A stretch of 32,000 bases of DNA from Fibrobacter succinogenes subsp. succinogenes S85 (GTDB lineage: Bacteria > Fibrobacterota > Fibrobacteria > Fibrobacterales > Fibrobacteraceae). Location of the stretch: the NCBI RefSeq assembly GCF_000146505.1, contig NC_017448.1:990001-1022000 (forward strand), in the 5' to 3' direction. Position numbers and translations under genes: made by a program. The notes under the pieces were generated by a model. It was not told where the DNA came from and did not search any database. It saw only the letters and a program-made list of their open reading frames with translations. Below are positions 24,381-31,590 of the stretch, in pieces (the stretch's first letter is position 1; every line of letters starts with the position of its first letter).

Positions 24381-26216
24381 ATGATAAAAAAAGCCCTATT
24401 ATCGTGTTGCTTTGCGGCAGGGATGTCCCTTGCGCAAACGTACGACTTACCGATTGTTTTCGTTGACACCAAAGGCAAATGCCTTGACAAAAATGTCACC
24501 GAAAAAATTCCTGCAACAATGCGCGTGCTCGATGGAGAAAAAAACTCCGTTGCAGACAGTGCCAAAGGCACGCTTTATGACATTGGCATCAAGGTAAGAG
24601 GGCAATCATCCGCCTTGTTTCCGAAGCCAGGCTATGGCGTAGAAGTCCGTGACGAAAAAGGTGAAGGTCTTGACGTCAGCCTGTTCGGGCTCCCGCCTGC
24701 AGACGACTGGGTTTTCCATGGTCCTTATGTAGACAAGAGCATGATGCGAAACGCTCTCGCCCACTGGCTCTTTAGACAAGCAGGCCACTACAGCCCACGC
24801 ACTAAGCATTTTGACTTGTACATCAACGGCGTTTACCGCGGCGTGTACGTGCTTATTGAAAAAATCAAACGCGGCAAGTATCGCGTGAACGTGAGCAAGC
24901 TTAAAGAAACCGACATCGCAGGCGATAGCCTCACCGGCGGCTACATTTGGGCTTTTGACAAAACGGGCACCAACACCGGTGGCGCAGGCAGTGGCCCCAT
25001 CGAAAAGGAAGGCTTTAACACTTCTGACGGTTTAAACGTCATTTTGCACTACCCCAAAAAGGAAAACATCCAAAAGCAACAGGAAGATTACCTGAAAAAA
25101 TACCTGAACGATCTTGAAGGCTTGTTCAAGAACGGCAAGAACGGTCAAGGCTATGAAAACTACGTGGATATGACATCGGCTCTGGACTACGTCTTGCACG
25201 AAGAAGTGACAAACAACGCGGACTCCTACTGGTGCAGTTTCTTCTTGCACAAGCCAAAGGACAAAACCGACAAGAACGGAGTCAAGACGGAAGGCAAGGT
25301 AACACTTGGCCCGGCTTGGGACTTTAACCTCGCCATGAGTAATGGCAGCCAGCCCGAAAATGGCGGTGGCAATAACGGCGGTGGCATGTGGGGCGGCGGC
25401 TTCGGTGGTGGTTTCGGTGGTGGCGGAAACGGCTTCGGAAGTTCCGGCACAAGCGGCTGGCAAATCGAAAACAGCCAAAAGTCAGGCAATGGCGGCATGT
25501 GGGGCATGGGTAGCTCCCTCAAGGCCCCAAACTGGCTCCTTGGCATGTGGAAGGACAGTCACTACCAAAGTGAATTGAAGAAACGCTGGGCAGAACTCCG
25601 CAGTGGCGTTTGGCACACCAAGACTTTGGATCTCTACCTCGATTCCATGAAGACGTACCTCAAGAACGCAGCTGACAGAAACTTCAAGCGCTGGCCGAAC
25701 TTGGGCAAATCAAGCGGTCAGAACGATGCGGACCCGCAGCCAATGAAATACTGCAATAGCAGCAGTGGCGGCTTTGGCATGCCTATGGGTGGCTACAACG
25801 CAACCACGTGGGATGGAGAATTTGAACATCTCCGCAAGAAGATGAAAGAAAGAATGCAGTGGATGGACGAACAGCTTGGATTCAAGGAACCGGCCTCCCC
25901 CATTGCGATGGCTCCTGTAGATCCGTCAATCCATGAACCCGATTGGCAGAACGACGGCAAGGACAAAGATTCCATTCCGATGGGCATCCGCTATGACGAT
26001 CTCAGCAGACTGTCTCCGACAAACTTCTTCGTGGTCATTGGCAACTACCTCGAAATCCACACGGATATGGGCGGCAAGTTTGCTCTAGTCGATCTGAATG
26101 GTGCTGTTCTGTACAAGACGCAGATCAAGGCGGGAACGACCAATATCGAGATTCCGTCCAAGGCAAGAAACAAGCACTGGATAGCAACGCTTAACGGCAA
26201 AATGCTTTCTAAATAA
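24381..26216 (+). CDS. Secreted CotH-family (atypical kinase fold) protein with an internal Gly-rich insert and a C-terminal sorting-type tail
   Basis: I chose the start at 24381 (MIKKALLSCCFAAGMSLAQ signal peptide, AAGGAG 12 nt upstream). 'IKVRGQSSALFPKPGYGVEV...DKSMMRNALAHWLF...LYINGVYRGVYVLIEKIKRGKYRV' matches the CotH core as I remember it. The tail is 'GGKFALVDLNGAVLY...'. Confidence 0.7.
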   Translation: MIKKALLSCCFAAGMSLAQTYDLPIVFVDTKGKCLDKNVTEKIPATMRVLDGEKNSVADSAKGTLYDIGIKVRGQSSALFPKPGYGVEVRDEKGEGLDVSLFGLPPADDWVFHGPYVDKSMMRNALAHWLFRQAGHYSPRTKHFDLYINGVYRGVYVLIEKIKRGKYRVNVSKLKETDIAGDSLTGGYIWAFDKTGTNTGGAGSGPIEKEGFNTSDGLNVILHYPKKENIQKQQEDYLKKYLNDLEGLFKNGKNGQGYENYVDMTSALDYVLHEEVTNNADSYWCSFFLHKPKDKTDKNGVKTEGKVTLGPAWDFNLAMSNGSQPENGGGNNGGGMWGGGFGGGFGGGGNGFGSSGTSGWQIENSQKSGNGGMWGMGSSLKAPNWLLGMWKDSHYQSELKKRWAELRSGVWHTKTLDLYLDSMKTYLKNAADRNFKRWPNLGKSSGQNDADPQPMKYCNSSSGGFGMPMGGYNATTWDGEFEHLRKKMKERMQWMDEQLGFKEPASPIAMAPVDPSIHEPDWQNDGKDKDSIPMGIRYDDLSRLSPTNFFVVIGNYLEIHTDMGGKFALVDLNGAVLYKTQIKAGTTNIEIPSKARNKHWIATLNGKMLSK

Positions 26217-26244
26217 ACTTCTTAATGAATTCCTCACTTAATAG

Positions 26245-26276
26245 AAATGCCGGCTCACGGGAGTCGGCATTTTCCT
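26245..26276 (+). terminator. Terminator-like hairpin after the CotH-family gene
   Basis: AAATGCCGGCTC-ACGG-GAGTCGGCATTT (12 bp, one G-U pair) followed by TCCTATTC, a weak T-tract. Confidence 0.55.
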
Positions 26277-26287
26277 ATTCATGGATG

Positions 26288-26316
26288 ATGCCCGCGCGGT
26301 GGCGGGCATGACAAAA
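26288..26316. repeat. REP-like hairpin (family copy 4) immediately downstream of cysK
   Basis: ATGCCCGC-GCGGTG-GCGGGCAT followed by GACAAAA. It lies 4-10 nt from the cysK stop on the minus strand. Confidence 0.6.
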
Positions 26317-26319
26317 TAA

Positions 26320-27240
26320 TTACGTGTTCCAGAGCCAGGTGCTGAGGTAGCGTTCACCAGTATCCGGAAGCACTGCGACAATGCGCTTGCCCTTGAATTC
26401 CGGGCGTTTTGCGACAGTAAGAGCGCATTCGAGAGCGGCACCCGACGAAATCCCGACGAAGATTCCTTCTTCGGCAGCGGCAGCACGAGCGGCGTTCCCC
26501 GCCTTTTCGGTGCTCGTGAGGTAGACTTCGTCAATAACCTTCGGATCGTAATTCTTGGGGACAAAGTTTGCACCGATGCCCTGAATTTTGTGCGGGCCCG
26601 CAACACCCTTAGAAATCATCGGAGAATCGTCCGGCTCAATCGCAATCACATAGACGTTAGGATTCTTTTCCTTGAGGTACTTCGCCGTGCCAGAAACAGT
26701 TCCGCCCGTACCAGCAGTCGCGATGAACACATCCACCTTGCCATCCGTATCGCGCCAAATTTCTGGACCGGTCGTGAGGTAATGCGCTTCGGGATTTGCC
26801 GGATTGTCGAACTGCTGCGGAATAAAGCTACCCGGATTAGCGGCTGCGATTTCATTTGCCTTCGCGATGCAGCCAGCCATGCCCTTTGCACCTTCGGTCA
26901 GCACCACTTCGGCACCAAGCGACTTCAAAAGCATACGGCGTTCCATGCTCATGGAATCGGGCATCGTGAGCACCACCTTGTAGCCCTTGACTGCACCGAC
27001 ATAAGCAAGGCCAACCCCCGTATTACCGCTCGTCGGCTCGATGATGAGCGCACCCGGTTTGAGTTTGCCTTCCTGTTCGGCACGATTAATCATGTTCAGC
27101 GCCACGCGGTCCTTTGCGCTACCGAGCGGGTTAAACATTTCGAGTTTCACATAGACTTCGGCATCGCCCTTGTTGAGCTTATTGATGCGGACGAGCGGCG
27201 TATTGCCAATCGTTTCGAGAATGTTGTTATAAATAGCCAT
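26320..27240 (-). CDS. cysK: Cysteine synthase A (O-acetylserine sulfhydrylase)
   Basis: 'IGNTPLVRINKL', PLP-lysine block 'NPLGSAKDR', 'EPTSGNTGVGLA' and 'GTGGTVSG'. 306 aa. Confidence 0.9.
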   Translation of the reverse strand: MAIYNNILETIGNTPLVRINKLNKGDAEVYVKLEMFNPLGSAKDRVALNMINRAEQEGKLKPGALIIEPTSGNTGVGLAYVGAVKGYKVVLTMPDSMSMERRMLLKSLGAEVVLTEGAKGMAGCIAKANEIAAANPGSFIPQQFDNPANPEAHYLTTGPEIWRDTDGKVDVFIATAGTGGTVSGTAKYLKEKNPNVYVIAIEPDDSPMISKGVAGPHKIQGIGANFVPKNYDPKVIDEVYLTSTEKAGNAARAAAAEEGIFVGISSGAALECALTVAKRPEFKGKRIVAVLPDTGERYLSTWLWNT

Positions 27241-27270
27241 AAAAAAAGTTCTCCGTACTGTACGGAGAAC
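27241..27270 (-). terminator. Perfect intrinsic-terminator hairpin whose U-tract abuts the cysK start codon
   Basis: The minus strand reads GTTCTCCGTA-CAG-TACGGAGAAC (10 bp, perfect) + TTTTTTT + ATG (cysK). Confidence 0.7.
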
Positions 27271-27310
27271 AATCTAGAATTAATTTAAAGAGAGCGGCTT
27301 GATACTTGAT

Positions 27311-28600
27311 TTATTTTGCCAAGTCTGCACGGTACCATTCACCGTATGCTCTCGCTTTCTTGGTTGGGCTACCCAATGTTTCGCAGGCCCAAGTTTTACT
27401 TGTAAATCGATTGTACGAAAGTTCTGTGTTTTCGTCAAGGAGGCCGTCGCAATCTTCGACAAGGAATGCAATCGGGAAGTACATTGCCGTCTGCATGCAT
27501 GGTCCTCCCGGATTAACAGATGATATTTCGATGCTCCCTTTAGAAATTTTGCTCAACACGTGTCCTGTGGGTTGCGCTCCATCGTGACTCAAAACAAGGA
27601 ATGTTTTGCAGTTTTCCTTTGGAGTTCTGTTTCCGACAATGGATGCCGTCATTGGGAAATAGTTGCCGATATCAGAAACGTTGATTTCTTTCAAAAATGG
27701 ATTGATGCCGGAACGATTCTGTTCAATGTCTTCGTCTAAATATGCCGTTGAGGGGAGACCTCCGTTGTAGGCTAGTACATGTTCGTCGAACGAAAGCTCG
27801 CTCGGATCATCTGTAAATTGCACCGTATATTTGTCAAGTGTGAATGCAGCGGTGTCGATGGGGGTAGTGTCCCTAGGTATGGCAATTACGTTCAATGTAT
27901 CCGGATCCGGCGGTTCAGTACTTGAACTAGACATATCGCGAGATGTTGAAGACGGAGTTGTAAAACGCCCCGTCGTTGAGCTTGCACCTTTGGAAATAGC
28001 GTTGCACACTTCACCCGAGAACTTCGAGAAATCCTTAAAGAGTTCATTGAAATCGATGGTGGTTTTTGCAGGTTTAGTCGAGCAAGTACCAGGAACATTA
28101 TTCGTGCATTTTGTCATAGCAACGGCTCTATCATCAAAACAATAGGCCGTCACATCGCCATTTTCATCACAGGATTCTTTGTTATTACTACCATTGAAAA
28201 CAAGCGCCCTGGATTGGCACGATGCGACAAATTCCGCAAGCACGCTATCACAAGAGCTTCCAAAGTTTTTCATTTCTATGGAGTTTTCAACAAGGCCATC
28301 ATTCACCTTGAGTTTTGCCTCAAAAGATTTTCCATCAGCCGTGCAACCCGCTTCAGCGCCGTTTTCTTCGCCATAGACAGAAATATCGGCATTGTCAACA
28401 TTCAACACCTCTGTTGCTTTGGTGGAAAAGACAATCTGAGAAGGTCCATTCATCGAATTGCTACTGCCGTTTGCTTTCGACGAACTGCTGTTTTGAGCAA
28501 CAGCATTATCCTCAATCGCAGCTCCACTGACATTGCTATCGGTACAGCCCATTAAAGCGAGAACACTCGCCACCATGGTGAATTTAATTACGTTATTCAT
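27311..28600 (-). CDS. Cys-rich lipoprotein of unknown function
   Basis: Lipobox 'VLALMGC', Ser/Asn-rich linker, 429 aa with many Cys. I recognise no family. Its start overlaps the upstream gene's stop by 8 nt. Confidence 0.6.
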   Translation of the reverse strand: MNNVIKFTMVASVLALMGCTDSNVSGAAIEDNAVAQNSSSSKANGSSNSMNGPSQIVFSTKATEVLNVDNADISVYGEENGAEAGCTADGKSFEAKLKVNDGLVENSIEMKNFGSSCDSVLAEFVASCQSRALVFNGSNNKESCDENGDVTAYCFDDRAVAMTKCTNNVPGTCSTKPAKTTIDFNELFKDFSKFSGEVCNAISKGASSTTGRFTTPSSTSRDMSSSSTEPPDPDTLNVIAIPRDTTPIDTAAFTLDKYTVQFTDDPSELSFDEHVLAYNGGLPSTAYLDEDIEQNRSGINPFLKEINVSDIGNYFPMTASIVGNRTPKENCKTFLVLSHDGAQPTGHVLSKISKGSIEISSVNPGGPCMQTAMYFPIAFLVEDCDGLLDENTELSYNRFTSKTWACETLGSPTKKARAYGEWYRADLAK

Positions 28601-29459
28601 TGGTTTCCTCCTCGACCTTTTTTGTTAAAGGGAACAACTGAAGATTCAGTCGATAAACTTGGTTGATGTTTTCATATTCAGCAGCGATGTTTGCCACCTT
28701 GCGTACAAACGCGTCCAATTCCTGCGAAATGCGGGCGTAGGCTTCTTCGCAAAGCCCAAGCGTTGCACCCGTGAAATGACGTTCTTCAATCGGGAACTTG
28801 TCGATAGCCGTTCTCGCAAGCGAAGCCATTTCTTTGTGCATTCCGCGAACCGCAATGGGAAGCGACTCTTTTGTGCCGATGACAGTCTTTTCCGTCTGCA
28901 CGTAAGTATGTTCCGCCTCGCGCTTGAGAAACCCCGTCTGCACCAGGAACGCAAGCGAGTCACGCACCTGTTCTGCCGAAATCACCTGATGGCAAGCTTT
29001 CGCCACTTCGAGCGGGCGCTTTCCAGGCATCATCGGAGCAAGTTCACGAATCGTCGGATTTTTCCACGACTCATAGAATTCAAAAGATTCCGCATCGACA
29101 ACGCGCACTTGATGCTCGCGAGCAATTTTTTGCATTTCAAGGAGAGCCTCTTTTTTCACAGAGTCCTTCGTTGCATTGCCGAACTTGACCATTTGCGTGA
29201 AGTAAGCAAACTCGTGCCCCGCAAGCCCCATCGCATGTGCGACCTGTTCCATCTTAACGAAACTCAAGCTGCTCTTGCCTTCGCAAACAAGCTTTAAGTA
29301 AACCGGCGACTTGAACCCCGCCAGCTTGGAAAACTCACGCCACGAAAATGCGCTCGTCCTTTTACGCTCTTCGTAAAAGTCCTGCATGTACAGGCGGTAA
29401 TCCTTATATTCTGTTATCGGTTTCATGTTAGTGATTAGTGGTTGGTGGTTAGTAAACAA
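28593..29459 (-). CDS. TIGR02147-family protein (DUF4423; putative HTH-containing regulator-like protein)
   Basis: 'YKDYRLYMQDFYEERKRTSAFSWREFSKLAGFKSPVYLKLVCEGKSSLS....FAYFTQMVKF' matches the N-terminal pattern I remember for TIGR02147 (Y-R-x-F-L...S-x-R-x-F-A...G-F-x-S-P-x-Y-L-x-x-V-x-x-G-K-R-x-L-S...E-x-x-Y-F). About 275-288 aa, as is typical. Confidence 0.7.
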   Translation of the reverse strand: MFTNHQPLITNMKPITEYKDYRLYMQDFYEERKRTSAFSWREFSKLAGFKSPVYLKLVCEGKSSLSFVKMEQVAHAMGLAGHEFAYFTQMVKFGNATKDSVKKEALLEMQKIAREHQVRVVDAESFEFYESWKNPTIRELAPMMPGKRPLEVAKACHQVISAEQVRDSLAFLVQTGFLKREAEHTYVQTEKTVIGTKESLPIAVRGMHKEMASLARTAIDKFPIEERHFTGATLGLCEEAYARISQELDAFVRKVANIAAEYENINQVYRLNLQLFPLTKKVEEETNE

Positions 29460-29723
29460 GATGCGGTCCCAAACTTTACATGAATAAATTTAGATTTTCA
29501 GCGGACCACACGCAATATTAAAATGATACAAAATTAAAGAAAATTTCAAATTTTTAATGATTTTAATAAATATTTTTCATTTTTAAATTCTAAAAGATAC
29601 ACCCCGTATCATTTAACAAAATCGGTTTACTCCAACTTATTACAAAAATGCGTCATAAAAATTCCCACACAGCAACAAAATGAGTGTATATTAAAGTAAA
29701 CCTATCAATTTAAGGGAGTTATT

Positions 29724-30263
29724 ATGGCAAATAAATACGCTGGTACCCAGACCGAAAAGAATTTGGAAGCAGCTTTCGCAGGCGAATCCCAAGCCCGCAA
29801 CAAGTACACCTACTTTGCAAGCCGCGCCAAAAAAGACGGTTTTGAACAGATCGCTGCATTGTTCCAGAAAACCGCTGACAACGAAAAGGAACACGCCAAG
29901 CTTTGGTTCAAGGAACTCGAAGGCATCGGCGACACAGCCCAGAACCTGAAGGCTGCCGCCGAAGGCGAAAATTACGAATGGACCGACATGTACGAAGGCT
30001 TCGCGAAGACCGCTGAAGAAGAAGGCTTCACCGCTCTCGCCAAGAAGTTCCGCATGGTCGCCGCCATCGAAAAGATGCACGAAGAACGCTATCGCGCCCT
30101 CCTTAAAAATGTGGAAACGGCCAAGGTCTTCGAAAAGAGCGAAGTCAAGGTTTGGGAATGCCGCAACTGCGGACACATCGTGGTCGGTACAAAGGCCCCG
30201 GAAGTCTGCCCCGTCTGCGCTCACCCGCAATCCTACTTCGAGGTACATGAAGACAATTTCTAA
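29724..30263 (+). CDS. rbr: Rubrerythrin
   Basis: N-terminal ferritin-like four-helix domain ('[23 protein letters not shown]', 'EKEHAKLW', 'EKMHEERY') plus C-terminal rubredoxin CxxC...CxxC ('CRNCGHI...CPVCAHP'). SD AAGGGAG. Confidence 0.95.
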   Translation: MANKYAGTQTEKNLEAAFAGESQARNKYTYFASRAKKDGFEQIAALFQKTADNEKEHAKLWFKELEGIGDTAQNLKAAAEGENYEWTDMYEGFAKTAEEEGFTALAKKFRMVAAIEKMHEERYRALLKNVETAKVFEKSEVKVWECRNCGHIVVGTKAPEVCPVCAHPQSYFEVHEDNF

Positions 30264-30322
30264 GAGCCGAGTGTCGCAGCAAGATGCCGCGCAGCTCGTC
30301 ACAATTAAATTCACAATACAGG

Positions 30323-30346
30323 CACCGGAGAAATCCGGTGTTTTTT
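30323..30346 (+). terminator. Rho-independent terminator of rbr
   Basis: CACCGGA-GAAA-TCCGGTG + T6. The T-tract overlaps the stop codon of the convergent gene. Confidence 0.8.
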
Positions 30347-31385
30347 ATTGCACTACTTTTACGAGTCTGCCGTTCTTGAGCGGCAGCGTTTTGGATTCAG
30401 TGTGTAGGCCACGACCAACACGCGAACCATTAACGCGATAGATCTCAACAGGCTTTGAATCTGCACGGCGATTTTCTCGCCATAAACGTTTATTCAAGCC
30501 AACACCGCCCGCGTTGTCAAGCGACACAGCGATAGAATCGGTTGAAACCGTAAAATTGTCAAATCGGATAAAGTTATCGTGTGTCGGAGCCCATTCAGCG
30601 CTACTCCCGCCATGGAACGTGGAAAGATAGAACTTGTCCACATGCAAAGTATCATAATCGCGGAGCCTGAGCGTATCGACATCTAGCACGAGCTCGCCAT
30701 CAAGCCACGCCTGCACACGACCGTTCTTGTCGCCCGCGCCAGGAGTCTTGACCGTATTCATCGAGACTTTATTGACTATGCGATGCCATTTGCCAATCGT
30801 GAATTGCGCTTGCGGATTTTTACCACCGAGATCCCACTTGAAATCATCGCCGTATTCAGATTTTTGCCCCATGAAATAAATCAGCTGAACAGCGTTCCCG
30901 CCCTTGCGCCACATAATTCGCGCACTCCAGCCATCCCCCGTTTCGGGCATCGCGTTCCCCGTGTAGCACTTACCGCCACATAGCCCCGGAAGCTTGCCTC
31001 CCAACTGGAATTCAAAACCGTCCTCGAAGAAAATATCGTACGCACTCCACATCGTATCGGCAGTTTTCACAAGTGGCTGGATGATTTGCGCCGCACACGC
31101 GGGAGTATCATTGTCATTCGGACCAACGCAGCCCTTGGGGTACTTGAGTTGCAACACATTGCCGTGCGCCACGCCGTCATAGACAATCTTGGAATTTTCG
31201 CCGTTGTTCTTGTCCATCGCATACCACCAGCTTTTATCCGTGGTGTTGCGCTTGAAATCTTCCTTAGCCTCCGCATTGCCATAAACACCAACTTCGCGAT
31301 TTTCGAAGTTGACAAACGAGACCGTATCTGCAGTTTGAGCAAAAGCCGCAGAAGCGCAAAGCAAGAAAAACGCGTACTTATTCAT
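30345..31385 (-). CDS. Secreted polysaccharide-lyase-like protein (PL14-type jelly-roll) with a basic C-terminal tail
   Basis: Signal peptide 'ASAAFAQ'. 'GGKLPGLCGGKCYTG.....GWSARIMWRKGGNAVQLIYF' and 'FYLSTFHGG...W.P..D..IRFDNFTV' resemble the GGKLPGL...MWR...TFFGG pattern I associate with PL14-like proteins. Confidence 0.5.
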   Translation of the reverse strand: MNKYAFFLLCASAAFAQTADTVSFVNFENREVGVYGNAEAKEDFKRNTTDKSWWYAMDKNNGENSKIVYDGVAHGNVLQLKYPKGCVGPNDNDTPACAAQIIQPLVKTADTMWSAYDIFFEDGFEFQLGGKLPGLCGGKCYTGNAMPETGDGWSARIMWRKGGNAVQLIYFMGQKSEYGDDFKWDLGGKNPQAQFTIGKWHRIVNKVSMNTVKTPGAGDKNGRVQAWLDGELVLDVDTLRLRDYDTLHVDKFYLSTFHGGSSAEWAPTHDNFIRFDNFTVSTDSIAVSLDNAGGVGLNKRLWRENRRADSKPVEIYRVNGSRVGRGLHTESKTLPLKNGRLVKVVQ

Positions 31386-31401
31386 ATTCCGAAGAATGAA
31401 T

Positions 31402-31590
31402 TTAGGATTTTTTCGTCATTTTGCCACCGGCGATAAGCACTAAAAAGGCGGCACCGCCTACACCCACAATTTTCTTGATATCGCTCCAAAATTCGCGACG
31501 TTTTTCTTTGCAAGATTCGCAAAGTTTTTCAGAATCCTCAACTTTATCGCAGCCGCATTTTTTGCACTTATTCCACAATTTCTGAAGCAT
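31402..31590 (-). CDS. Small (62 aa) Cys-rich, C-terminally membrane-anchored protein
   Basis: CxxC-x11-CxxC ('CKKCGCDKVEDSEKLCESC'), a basic linker, then the TM helix 'IVGVGGAAFLVLIAGG'. AAGGAA lies 8 nt upstream. It sits 16 nt upstream of the lyase-like gene. Confidence 0.45.
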   Translation of the reverse strand: MLQKLWNKCKKCGCDKVEDSEKLCESCKEKRREFWSDIKKIVGVGGAAFLVLIAGGKMTKKS

